Of a stretch of DNA of 64,000 bases, positions 29,533 through 39,500 are shown piece by piece (the stretch's first letter is position 1; every line of letters begins with the position of its first letter). The notes under the pieces were generated by a model that had not been told where the DNA came from, did not search any database, and saw only the letters and a list, made by a program, of their open reading frames with translations. The stretch comes from Minisyncoccia bacterium. Lineage in GTDB: Bacteria > Patescibacteriota > Minisyncoccia > Phycocordibacterales > UBA9973. A program made the position numbers and the translations under genes. The stretch is from contig JBBRTD010000003.1 of the NCBI GenBank assembly GCA_038244685.1, forward strand, positions 3,944 to 67,943, in the 5' to 3' direction.

Positions 29533-30054
29533 TTAGTTTGAATTAATTAAATTTTTAATTTCATCTTCTCTTTTTTTAATACCTTCTTCTATTAATTTTT
29601 GAGTATCACTATCTAGTGGTCTATCAGAATCTTCAATATAACTCTTTTTCTGCTCTATTTCTTCTTTTAATCTTTTAATTGCGGAAATTGTGCTTTCGTC
29701 TTTATTTAAGTATGGATACATTTTTACAGCATCCTCTAGTTCGCGAACCTCTTGTAATTCATTCTCATTATCGAACTCTTTTACTCCTTCTTTAATTAAA
29801 GTATTTTTATTATTTTTTGCTTTCTCTAAATCATCTTGTAGCTTCATTGATTTACGGAAGGCAATCCTATCATTTACAGAATTAATATCCTGAGAATCCT
29901 GATCAAGTTTAACGTTGCTCTCGGCTTCTTCGATTACTCTATCTAATTCATTTATTTTAGCAATTTGACTATCAGGATAATTATCTGAATCAAAATAAGC
30001 CTGTACCTCTACTGGATTTGTATCATTTATTTTATTTTTTTTAAATGATTCCAT
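29533..30054 (-). CDS. Acidic coiled-coil protein, hypothetical
   Basis: 173 aa, D/E/K-rich heptads. No motif recognised. Confidence 0.4.
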   Translation of the reverse strand: MESFKKNKINDTNPVEVQAYFDSDNYPDSQIAKINELDRVIEEAESNVKLDQDSQDINSVNDRIAFRKSMKLQDDLEKAKNNKNTLIKEGVKEFDNENELQEVRELEDAVKMYPYLNKDESTISAIKRLKEEIEQKKSYIEDSDRPLDSDTQKLIEEGIKKREDEIKNLINSN

Positions 30055-30058
30055 TATA

Positions 30059-31051
30059 TTAATTTAATTTAATAACCTTGTAATCATCTTTTGCATTTAA
30101 TAAAAATTCCTCTATTTTTTCCCTAGAAAGAAGTCCTTTTTGGGCTCCAACTTGAGAGACAACTGACATGGAATTGATAGGACCCCAAGCCATAGCTTCT
30201 TTCAAATCTTTACCTAATATTAAAGCTCCTATCATAGCGCTAGCAAAAGCATCACCAGCACCAGTTGATTCATAAGATGAAGTAGAATATACAGGAATAA
30301 ACCAGACATTTTCTCTGTCATGCGCATAAGCTCCCTTAAGCCCGTCTGTCATAACTACATTTTTAGGTCCAAGAGAAAGGAGACCTTCCATTAATTTAAT
30401 TTTATCATCTTCATTTGTCTCTAAAATTCGCTTGGCTTCACTCAAATTACAAAAAAGTATTTCAGTATTTTCATATATACTTCTTAGAGCCTCAAATCCT
30501 AGTTTAATTTGAAAAGTTCCAGGCTGAAAAGCAAGTTTTATGTTTGGAAATTTTTTTAAATATTGTGCTATTTCATTATGATAATTTGTTGAATTTGAGG
30601 CTAGAGAAGAAAGATAAACCCATTTTGCTTCAGGGACATCGTCACCAAAAGAATAAGGGAATTCTATGTGTTTTACTAGTATAGTTCTCTCTGCTTCATA
30701 CCAAAGAACAAAATGATAATTTGATTCCATACCAGGAACAATTTTCATATGATCTACCATAACATTATCCTTCATTAGAGATTCTATGTTTTGTCTGCCT
30801 ATTGTATCATCTCCAATATAAGAGATAAGTGATGAGCAAATTCCAAGCTTACTTATACCAACGGCAACATTTGGGCTATTACCGACAGCATGACAAACTT
30901 CAGCAGATTCATAAGGAACTTTTTCGCCAAAACGAAAGCATATTTTGCAGTGTTCTCCTTGTAAATCACAATTAGCCTCAGCATCAGTAATTTTAATAAA
31001 TGGTTCAGTGGCTATATCACCTATAGCTAGAAAATCAATTTGTTTTTCCAT
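30059..31051 (-). CDS. PfkB/ribokinase-family carbohydrate kinase (Cys-rich insertion near N-terminus)
   Basis: FLAIGDIATE start. C-terminal TGAGDAFASAMIGAL anion-hole motif. 16-aa CDLQGEHCKIC insertion. Confidence 0.75.
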   Translation of the reverse strand: MEKQIDFLAIGDIATEPFIKITDAEANCDLQGEHCKICFRFGEKVPYESAEVCHAVGNSPNVAVGISKLGICSSLISYIGDDTIGRQNIESLMKDNVMVDHMKIVPGMESNYHFVLWYEAERTILVKHIEFPYSFGDDVPEAKWVYLSSLASNSTNYHNEIAQYLKKFPNIKLAFQPGTFQIKLGFEALRSIYENTEILFCNLSEAKRILETNEDDKIKLMEGLLSLGPKNVVMTDGLKGAYAHDRENVWFIPVYSTSSYESTGAGDAFASAMIGALILGKDLKEAMAWGPINSMSVVSQVGAQKGLLSREKIEEFLLNAKDDYKVIKLN

Positions 31052-31088
31052 ATTCCAAAATTATATCATAATATGATATAATTTCCAT

Positions 31089-31961
31089 ATGAAAACCTTA
31101 AGAGAATATATAAAAGAAGCAGGAGAAAATAAAGTAGCTGTAGGACATTTCAATATTTCAAATATTGAAGCCCTGCATGGTATATATAATGCAGCCAAGA
31201 AATTAAATCTTCCAGTTATTATTGGAGTATCAGAAGGGGAAGAAGAATTTATAGGTAGAAGTGAAGTCGCTGTCTTGGTTAAAACCATTCGAGAAAAAGA
31301 CAATTATCCAATATTTCTAAATGCTGATCACCACTATACATTCCAATCAGTTAAAAGTGCTCTAGATGCAGGTTACGATGCGGCCATTATTGATGCTGTT
31401 AAATTACCCCTAGAAGAAAATATTGCTCTAACAAAAAAATGCGTTGAATATGCAAAAGAATTAGGCGAAAAAGAAGGAAGAGATATTTTAATAGAAGCAG
31501 AGCTTGGCTTTATCGGTCAATCTTCAAAGCTCCTTGATGCAATACCAGAAGGTATAAGTGAAGCTACAATGACAAAAGCAGTTGATGCCAAATACTTCGT
31601 AGAACAAACTGGTATAAATTTACTTGCTCCATCTGTTGGAAATATTCACGGTATGGTTAAGGGCGGCAATCCAAGATTGGATATTGAAAGAATAAAAGAA
31701 ATAAGTGAAATTTGCAAAATACCATTAGTTTTACATGGAGGATCTGGTATTGCTGATGAAGATTTTACAAATGCAATTAAAGCTGGTATATCTGTAGTTC
31801 ATATAAATACCGAAATTCGTGTTGCATATAAAGAAGCCTTAGAAAAATATTTAAAAGAATACCCAAATGAAGTTGCCCCATATAAAATATTAAAAGGAGC
31901 TGTCGATGCAGTAGAAAGTGTTGTAGAAGGTAGACTAAAACTATTTAATGGGATTAAATAA
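31089..31961 (+). CDS. fba: Class II fructose/tagatose-bisphosphate aldolase
   Basis: VGHFNISN, LNADHH, LVLHGGSG zinc-aldolase motifs. Confidence 0.85.
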   Translation: MKTLREYIKEAGENKVAVGHFNISNIEALHGIYNAAKKLNLPVIIGVSEGEEEFIGRSEVAVLVKTIREKDNYPIFLNADHHYTFQSVKSALDAGYDAAIIDAVKLPLEENIALTKKCVEYAKELGEKEGRDILIEAELGFIGQSSKLLDAIPEGISEATMTKAVDAKYFVEQTGINLLAPSVGNIHGMVKGGNPRLDIERIKEISEICKIPLVLHGGSGIADEDFTNAIKAGISVVHINTEIRVAYKEALEKYLKEYPNEVAPYKILKGAVDAVESVVEGRLKLFNGIK

Positions 31962-31970
31962 AAAAAAATA

Positions 31971-32010
31971 AAGGACCTAAACTTTTTTAGAGTTTAGGTC
32001 CTTTGTTTTA
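31971..32010. terminator. Terminator after fba (also 3' of minus-strand small ORF)
   Basis: 12-bp stem aaggacctaaac/gtttaggtcctt with U-rich loop. Confidence 0.65.
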
Positions 32011-32226
32011 TTATACAATTGTTTTTCGTCCAACTTTTAAAAAAATGGAATCGAAAAAACAATAAACAGACAAAGATAATATTCCGCCAATGAATAAGAA
32101 GCTCGGAATAGTTAGGAATAGAGAAGTAGTTCCTTCTACAAATACTATTTTAAGTAAAAATAAGTATTTTGTAATAAAAACAGTCTCGAAACCAAAAAAA
32201 ATAATCCAATAAATCTTGTCTTTCAT
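32011..32226 (-). CDS. Small 2-TM membrane protein, hypothetical
   Basis: Two hydrophobic helices. Stop abuts the fba hairpin. Confidence 0.25.
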   Translation of the reverse strand: MKDKIYWIIFFGFETVFITKYLFLLKIVFVEGTTSLFLTIPSFLFIGGILSLSVYCFFDSIFLKVGRKTIV

Positions 32227-32675
32227 TTTTTAAGATTTTTTAGTTAATTTTTAATCAAATCGTAAATAATCGTTTTTCGAATCTCAAAGGTTATTTTTCG
32301 AGATTTAGCCTTAAACTTATTATCAGAGATGCATCGTCTAAGCAAAATGTCCATTTTTGCATTTCGGTCATTTTTTTCAAAACATGTAATTACAAATAAC
32401 AACGAATTAAGAAAGTTTTTTTTCATAGTCTTAGTTTTAAAAAGTTATAAAAAAAATATTATTGAGTTGTCTTTATTTCTCTGTTTAATATTAAACAGGG
32501 GAACGAGGATAACCCAATAAATGATTAAAAATTAATTTTATTAAAGAACATAACTAACTTAATCTTTTTATAGTATATCATAAATATTGCAAAATGTCAA
32601 TACGTACTAATACTTTATTCCATTCAAATATAACAGAATTAATGATATATTACTACTAAAATTTGCAATTATGAC

Positions 32676-32705
32676 TTGCAAATTAAAGATTTTGATGTTA
32701 TTATC
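32676..32705 (+). promoter_or_regulatory. Promoter of rplY: -35 TTGCAA, 18-nt spacer, extended -10 TGtTATTAT; overlapped by 9-bp inverted repeat
   Basis: TTGCAA at 32676-32681 and TGTTATTAT at 32697-32705. ATG 32712 is 7 nt after the -10 (leaderless). Inverted repeat aatttgcaa/ttgcaaatt at 32660-32684. Confidence 0.45.
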
Positions 32706-32711
32706 ACTCTC

Positions 32712-33371
32712 ATGAATATATTAACCGCAACAAAGCGAAGTAAGACAGATAAGCTAGCTATCATACGAAATAACGGTATGGTTCCAGCTGTCGTTTATGG
32801 CGCTCAAGTGGAAAACACTCTTGTTTCCGTTTTGAGCTCAACTTTCGCTAAAACATTAAAAATTGCCGGCGAGACTAGTACAATCGTACTTGAAATAGCA
32901 GGCGCAACTGAAAAAGAAAAGCCAACAAGAGTTGACGTTTTGATTCATGAAGTGCAGGTACATCCAGTTAAAGGATATCCTTTACATATAGATTTCTTGG
33001 CTGTCGATATGAATAAGCCAGTTGAAGTTACCATTCCTCTTGAATTCGTTGGCCTTGCAAAGGCTGAGAAGGATGGACTAGGTACACTTGTTAAGGTCTT
33101 ACATGAAATTGACATAGAAGCTCTACCAAAAGATCTACCACACAATATCGAAGTTGATGTTACTGGTATCGCAACTCTTGAAGATTTAATTCACGTTAAA
33201 GATATTAAACTTCCAAAAGGAGTTACTCTTATAACTGACGAAAACGATGTTGTTGCCCTCGTAGCTGCAGCAAAAGAAGAAAAAGAAGAAGTCGTTGTTG
33301 ATTTAACTTCTATCGAAGTTGAAAAGAAAGGAAAGAAAGAAGAAACTGAAGAGGTTGCTGAAACTAAATAA
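32712..33371 (+). CDS. rplY: 50S ribosomal protein L25 / general stress protein Ctc form
   Basis: MNILTATKRSKTDKLAIIRNNGMVPAVVYG N-terminus. Acidic KEEKEE tail. Start set to ATG 32712. Confidence 0.85.
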   Translation: MNILTATKRSKTDKLAIIRNNGMVPAVVYGAQVENTLVSVLSSTFAKTLKIAGETSTIVLEIAGATEKEKPTRVDVLIHEVQVHPVKGYPLHIDFLAVDMNKPVEVTIPLEFVGLAKAEKDGLGTLVKVLHEIDIEALPKDLPHNIEVDVTGIATLEDLIHVKDIKLPKGVTLITDENDVVALVAAAKEEKEEVVVDLTSIEVEKKGKKEETEEVAETK

Positions 33372-33387
33372 ATATTGTTTTATACAT

Positions 33388-33420
33388 AAAATCCCTCAGA
33401 TATATTATCTGAGGGATTTT
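33388..33420 (+). terminator. Terminator after rplY
   Basis: Perfect 15-bp stem aaaatccctcagata/tatctgagggatttt with 3-nt loop. 3' arm ends UUUU. Confidence 0.6.
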
Positions 33421-33438
33421 ATGTGCTATAATAGATAC

Positions 33439-34815
33439 ATGAATCGATACATTCTATACCTTTTTTCTTTTATATTTATATTTACTTCAATTTTTGGCAA
33501 TTTTATTTATGAAATACCAATTGTTTCTGCTAGTCAAGAATTAGAAAATGCTCAAGCAGACAGAGCGAGGCTTGAAAGTGAACTTGCTGCCTTAGAAAAT
33601 GAAATAGCCCAAAAACAAAAAGACCTTTCTTCTCAAAAAGGGCAGTCTGTGTCTATTTCTCGTGATATTTCAATATTAACTACCCAAATCAAGAAATCTA
33701 AGCTTGAAATTCAATCAAAAATTTTAATGATTAAAAAGCTTGGTGGAGAAATAATAGAAAAAAATAAAAAAATAGTAGTTTTAGATACAAGAATGGGCAA
33801 CATAAGAGAATCATTAGCTCAGTTAATACGCAAAAATAGAGAAATAGATAGTAAGTCTCTGCTGGCGATCATTCTTTCACAAAATTCAATTTCTGATGCA
33901 TACGGAGATATTGACGCATTCGCTTCAATAAAAAGAAGTATCAAAGTTTCAGTCGATCAAATCAATGGAGTAAAAACAGATACAGAATTAGAAAGATCCC
34001 TCTTGGAGCAGCAAAAAAATAAAGAGCTAGATACTCAAATCCAACTTGAAACAGCAAAAAAACAAGTTGAGATAAGTGAAAAAGACAAACAGCAACTTCT
34101 TTCAATAAGCAAAGACAAAGAAAAAGAATATCAAAAGCTTTTAGACGAGAAAGCAAAACGTAGAGCAGAAATTCTTTCAATGTTATTTAATCTTCGTGAT
34201 GTATCAGCTATTCCATTTGCTAAGGCTCTTGAGTATGCCAAAATAGCTGAGGAGAAGTTGGGAATTAGACCAGCATTTCTATTGGCAATATTAACGCAGG
34301 AAAGTAATTTAGGAACCGACCAAGGATCTTGTTATGTTACTAATATGGATACAGGATCAGGAATTAGTTCAAAGAGTGGAAAAGCATTTGCGAATGTTAT
34401 GAAGCCAACTCGCGATGTTAAACCATTCTTTGAGATTACATCAGCGGTTGGACGTGATCCGTATAAAACATTAGTTTCTTGCCCAATTGGTGGCTCAGGT
34501 TATGGAGGAGCAATGGGTCCCGCCCAGTTTATTCCTTCTACATGGCAATTGTTAAAAAATCGTATTGCAAGCTTACTTGGAATTAAAACCGCTGACCCTT
34601 GGTATGCAAAAGATGCATTTATGGCCTCTGCTATATACTTAACAGATTTAGGAGCAAGAGAGGATAGTCCAACTAGTGAAAGAAATGCTGCTTGTCGATA
34701 CTATTCAGGAAGAAAATGTGACACAAAAAAGCCAAATAATAGCTTTTATGGGGATAGTGTTATGTCAAAAGCTAAAAATATACAAACTAAATATATTGAC
34801 CCATTGCAAAACTAA
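33439..34815 (+). CDS. Secreted coiled-coil lytic murein transglycosylase (MltB/GH103-like C-domain)
   Basis: Signal peptide MNRYILYLFSFIFIF. About 250-aa coiled coil. C-terminal ESNLG...GAMGPAQFIPSTW motif. Preceded by TGcTATAAT at 33424-33432 (leaderless). Confidence 0.65.
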   Translation: MNRYILYLFSFIFIFTSIFGNFIYEIPIVSASQELENAQADRARLESELAALENEIAQKQKDLSSQKGQSVSISRDISILTTQIKKSKLEIQSKILMIKKLGGEIIEKNKKIVVLDTRMGNIRESLAQLIRKNREIDSKSLLAIILSQNSISDAYGDIDAFASIKRSIKVSVDQINGVKTDTELERSLLEQQKNKELDTQIQLETAKKQVEISEKDKQQLLSISKDKEKEYQKLLDEKAKRRAEILSMLFNLRDVSAIPFAKALEYAKIAEEKLGIRPAFLLAILTQESNLGTDQGSCYVTNMDTGSGISSKSGKAFANVMKPTRDVKPFFEITSAVGRDPYKTLVSCPIGGSGYGGAMGPAQFIPSTWQLLKNRIASLLGIKTADPWYAKDAFMASAIYLTDLGAREDSPTSERNAACRYYSGRKCDTKKPNNSFYGDSVMSKAKNIQTKYIDPLQN

Positions 34816-34841
34816 CAATCTCATGATAATATAGCTTAGTC

Positions 34842-35060
34842 ATGAAAAAGAATATACACCCAAAATATAACAGTGCTTCAGTTGTAACTTGTGCTTGTGG
34901 AGCGACATTTCCAGTCGGTTCATCAATGGACAAGATTAATGTTGAAATATGTAGTCAGTGCCATCCTTTCTATACTGGAAATGAAAAAGTTCTAGATACA
35001 GCAGGACGAGTTGACCGTTTCAAAAAGCGTGCAGCCGCATCTGGAAAAACAAAAAAGTAA
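34842..35060 (+). CDS. rpmE: 50S ribosomal protein L31 (zinc-ribbon type A)
   Basis: MKKNIHPKY...CxC...[10 protein letters not shown]. Confidence 0.9.
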   Translation: MKKNIHPKYNSASVVTCACGATFPVGSSMDKINVEICSQCHPFYTGNEKVLDTAGRVDRFKKRAAASGKTKK

Positions 35061-35071
35061 ATTACAAAAAA

Positions 35072-35107
35072 GATAAAAGGCTCTAATTAGAGCTTTTTAT
35101 CTTTTTT
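35072..35107 (+). terminator. Terminator after rpmE
   Basis: gataaaaggctct-aatt-agagctttttatc hairpin (one G-U), then T6. Confidence 0.6.
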
Positions 35108-35123
35108 GGTATATAATAATGAA

Positions 35124-36095
35124 ATGAATTTAGACTTAGAACAACTTAAAAAGGATCATAAAACAAGTTACTTTGCTTTCGAATACGAACGCCTCTTGAA
35201 CGAAGAAGAGAAAGTAAATGAAATGGTAACAGGGGACGAAAGTCTTCGTGATTTAGCAGAAGAAGAAATTCAAAATATTAAATTTCAAAAAGATGCTATT
35301 GAGCGTCAAATTGAAGAGATGGTTAAATCAGAAAAAGAAGATGAAGAATTTCCAAATGAAATTGTTCTTGAGGTTAGAGCTGGAGCTGGAGGAGATGAAG
35401 CTTCACTTTTCGCTTGGGAATTAGCTCACATGTATGAAAGATTTGCTGAGATAAATAGATGGCACTGGAAAGTACTAAATGAATCTACCAGTAGTGCCGA
35501 TGGATACAAAGAAGCTTCTTTCGAAATAAAAGGTAAGGATGTCTACAAACTTCTTCGTTATGAGACAGGTGTTCATCGTGTCCAACGCGTTCCTTCGACA
35601 GAAAAAAATGGCAGAATTCATACTTCGACAGCTTCAGTTGCTATTTTGCCGATTCGTACAAAAGTAAAAATTGAAATAAACCCAAGCGATTTAGAAATAG
35701 AATATTCACGTAGTGGGGGTGCGGGAGGGCAAAATGTTAACAAAGTTGAAACAGCAGTTAGACTAATACATAAGCCAACAGGTATAGATGTCCGATGTAC
35801 AACAGAGAGAAATCAGCTTGGAAATAGAGAGAAGGCTTTTATGATTCTATCATCGAAATTACAAATGATGGAAGATGAAAGAGAAGCAAGTAAATACTCT
35901 GAAAATCGCAAAAATCAGATAGGCACGGCGGACCGAAGTGAAAAAATACGTACATATAATTTTCCTCAAGATAGAGTAACAGACCACCGCATTAAACAAT
36001 CTTGGTCAAATATTCCAGGCATTATGGAGGGTAATATAACTAAAATAATAGAAGCAGTTTCTTTGGGGGAAATGGGAAATGATGAAGAAGAATAA
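35124..36095 (+). CDS. prfA: Peptide chain release factor 1
   Basis: GGQ motif [14 protein letters not shown] tripeptide (RVPSTE) indicates RF1 rather than RF2. TATAAT 7 nt upstream of ATG 35124; track ORF starts at TTG 35106. Confidence 0.85.
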   Translation: MNLDLEQLKKDHKTSYFAFEYERLLNEEEKVNEMVTGDESLRDLAEEEIQNIKFQKDAIERQIEEMVKSEKEDEEFPNEIVLEVRAGAGGDEASLFAWELAHMYERFAEINRWHWKVLNESTSSADGYKEASFEIKGKDVYKLLRYETGVHRVQRVPSTEKNGRIHTSTASVAILPIRTKVKIEINPSDLEIEYSRSGGAGGQNVNKVETAVRLIHKPTGIDVRCTTERNQLGNREKAFMILSSKLQMMEDEREASKYSENRKNQIGTADRSEKIRTYNFPQDRVTDHRIKQSWSNIPGIMEGNITKIIEAVSLGEMGNDEEE

Positions 36096-36106
36096 TATTT
36101 TTGTAA

Positions 36107-36134
36107 AAATTTAATTTAGTAGTATAATGTTGGT
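36107..36134 (+). promoter_or_regulatory. Sigma70-like promoter of giant surface-protein gene
   Basis: TTGTAA-N16-TATAAT about 75 nt upstream of ATG 36210. Confidence 0.4.
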
Positions 36135-36158
36135 ACTTATATATTTTTTCTTGCAAAC

Positions 36159-36425
36159 TTGTCCTTTGTCATAAAAAATAAATATATTAATATTAAATAT
36201 AAATTCATAATGCAAATGAAAATAGTTCCCGTATGTATTTCTTCCGTAACAGATAAGATCTTCAGTAAAAATGTCTTATCAAAAATAACAACTATTTTTG
36301 TTTTAAGTTTAATATTAATCACATCTCTCTTTGCTATTTTCCCAAACCAAGCTCAAGCTGTTTGGACAGAAAGAACGACAGCTGGCTCTAGAAATTGGCT
36401 GTCTATCGCATCATCAGCAGATTGA
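36159..36425 (+). CDS. Signal-peptide-bearing N-terminal fragment of giant Asp-box/FN3 surface protein, terminated by in-frame TGA (likely start ATG 36210)
   Basis: Signal peptide ...ITTIFVLSLILITSLFAIFPNQAQA, then first repeat WTERTTAGSRNWLSIASSAD. TGA 36423-36425 sits where GGA(Gly) occurs in all other repeats. Same frame as 36537..45047. Confidence 0.55.
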   Translation: MSFVIKNKYINIKYKFIMQMKIVPVCISSVTDKIFSKNVLSKITTIFVLSLILITSLFAIFPNQAQAVWTERTTAGSRNWLSIASSAD

Positions 36426-36536
36426 ACTAAACTTGCGGCAGTTGCAAAACCTGGATATATATATACATCTACTAATAGTGGAGTATCTTGGACAGAAAGG
36501 ACAACAGCTGGCTCAAAAAATTGGCAATCAATTGCT

Positions 36537-39500
36537 ATGTCCTCTGACGGAACTAAATTAGTTGCTGCGGTTTTTGGTGGCGATATTTATACCTCGACAG
36601 ATAGTGGAGCGACCTGGACAGATAGAACTGGTGCCGGTTTAAGAAATTGGTATTCCGTTTCTTCTTCATCAGATGGAACTATATTAATGGCAGCTAATGA
36701 TGATGGATGGTGGGCTTCATATATTTACACATCAGAAGATAGTGGTGCCACTTGGACACAGCAAACTGGGACGGGTGCTAATCATTTTTGGAGAGCTACA
36801 GCAATATCAGCAGATGGATCCAAAATGGTAGCTGTTGCAAATAATGATAATATTTACATATCAAATAATACAGGGTCAACTTGGATAAAAACTGACTCAA
36901 GTCTTATAACTTGGACATCAGTTACTATGTCTTCTGATGGAACTAAACTAGCTGCAGTTGCTGGTGCTCCGTATCAATATGGTAATCCTAGTTACTATGT
37001 CTATACATCTATTGATGGTGGAACAACTTGGCTAGAACAGACTGGATCTACAAAAACATCATCTAGATTTTCTATTGCTTCTTCTGCTGATGGAACTAAA
37101 TTAGCTACTGCTGATTATGGTATTTATTCGTCGGGTGATTATATAAACAAATCTAACGATAGTGGAACTACTTGGTCAACACAAACAACTGCAGGACAAA
37201 GATTATGGAAATCTATTGCTACATCTGCCGATGGATCAAAATTAGCTGCTGTTGCTTATGGTGGATATATTTATACTTACACACCTACCTTAACTTCAAC
37301 AATAACAACAGACGTTAATTCATCTCTAACTCAAACATCTACTATACTAAATGGAACTATTACAAATATTGGAGAAGAAAATCCAAGTATTAGAGGTTTC
37401 GAGTATGGATTAACTACAGGATACGGAACAACCACAGTAGATAATGGTTCCTTTGGTGTTGGTTCTTTCAGTAAAGATATTACATCGCTATCTTGTGGAA
37501 CTTTGTATCATTTCCGTGCTTATGCGACTAATAGTGGAGGTAAGGCAATAGGAGGTGATCAAACTTTTACAACAAATCCATGTACTTACCCATTACTAAG
37601 TACTAATTCTGCTTCTTCTATATCTTTAACAGGAGCTACTTTAAATGGAAATATTTCAAATATTGGACAAGATAATTCTACAGTTAGAGGATTTCAATAT
37701 GGATTAACAATAAGTTACGGAACAACGACAACAGAGAATGGATCTTTTGCTACAGGAGCTTTTACTTCTGATATTGTTGGTCTAAATTGTGGAAATACTT
37801 ACCACTTCCGTTCATATGCCACTAACTCAATAGGTACTGGTTATGGAGATGATTTAACTTTCGCAGCAAGTAATTGTTCATCTGCCGGTTGGGTTCAGAG
37901 AACAAGTGCTGGGATAAATCCTTGGATGTCAGTTACTACATCAGCAGACGGAACCAAATTAGCTGCGACTTCAAATAATAATGGTAATGGATATATTTAT
38001 ACTTCAACAGATAGTGGTGTCACTTGGACACAAAGAACAGGTGCAGGTTTTAAATTTTGGACATCAATTGCTTCATCTGCAGATGGAACTAAACTAGCTG
38101 CTGCTGTTTACAATGATTATATTTATACATCAACAGATAGTGGGGCCACTTGGACACAGCAAACTGCTCCAGGAATTAAAAATTGGATGAAAATTATTTC
38201 ATCAGCAGATGGAATGATTCTAGGTGCGTGGAATACAAGTGACGGAAGATTTAGTACATCAATAAATGGTGGAGTTGCATGGACAATACAATACGGGGCA
38301 AGTTCAGTTGGAATAGGAGCAAACGTAACAATGACTCCTACTGGAGATAAAATGGCAGGATCTTATGATGGTAATATTTCTTATATTTCTACTTCAAGTA
38401 ATTCTGGTGTTACCTGGACAAAACAATTAAATTCCGACGAACGTAGTTGGAGTGGAATAACAATTTCTTCTAATGGAACTAAAATTGCAGTAACTTCAGG
38501 TGGAATGTCCAATCTTGGTTATATTTTTACATCGACAGACAGTGGAGTAACCTGGACACAGAGAACAAGCGCGGGGAATTTAAAATGGATGGATATTGCT
38601 TCATCCTCTGATGGAAATACATTGATTGCAACAACATTTAATGGTTACATGTATTTATCTAGAGATTCTGGAAATACTTGGATAGAACAAACATCTACAG
38701 GCATAAAATACTGGAAGGATATTTATTCTTCATCAGATGGAAGTAAATTTATAACAATTGGATGTGATACAAATTGCTATATTTACACTTACGAACAAGC
38801 CCACCTTTCAACATTAGATACAAACCCTGCAACCTCCATTCTTTCAAACGCAGCTACTTTAAATGGTTATATTTCTAATACAGGAGGAGAAGTTTCAAGT
38901 GTGAGAGGATTTGAATATGGTATAGATACAAGTTATGGAAAAAATACAATTGAAAATGGATCATTTGGAATTGGTGCGTTTACAAAAAATGTTTCAGCTT
39001 TAATTTGTGAGACCACATACCATTACCGTTCATATACCACAAATGGTGGCGGAAATTCATATGGGGCAGATCAAACATTTACTACTGGTACATGTTCTGG
39101 TATTCCCGTTATGTTAACAAGCGCCGCTTCAAATATATCTCCAACCTCAGTTACCTTAAATGGTGATATTACTGATATCGGATTAAGTAGTCCTACAATA
39201 AGAGGGTTTGAATATGGACTAACAACAAACTATAGTGCATCAAACATAGGTAATGGTACATTTGGAGTTGGTGCATTTTCAAAAAATGTCTCAGCTTTAA
39301 TTTGTGGTTCTACTTATCACTATCGTTCATTTGCTACAAATACCACAGGAACAGGTTATGGACAAGACTTAACATTCAATACAAGTCCTTGTATTTATCC
39401 TTCACTATCTACCAATACTGCAACATTAGTGACTTCTATTTCTGCTACTTTAAATGGATCTATTTCAAATACAGGAGGAGTAAATCCTACAGTTAGAGGT

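Noticed and set aside
32329-32520. 63-aa plus-strand ORF in the rplY upstream region
   Set aside because: Overlaps the minus-strand small ORF 32244-32426 and the palindromic control region. No start signals.
36423-36425. TGA recoded as Gly (genetic code 25, as in Gracilibacteria/SR1), which would make the giant gene intact
   Set aside because: TGA clearly functions as a stop in coupled ATGA junctions at 1794-1797 (ThiF-like/dehydrogenase) and 13073-13076 (trpS/small ORF). All other long ORFs are consistent with code 11. No other in-frame TGA appears in the 8.5-kb gene.
36331-36561. 76-aa ORF overlapping the junction of the giant gene in another frame
   Set aside because: Out-of-frame overlap with the continuous repeat-encoding frame and low-complexity Q/L-rich translation; an artefact of the AT-rich repeat DNA.
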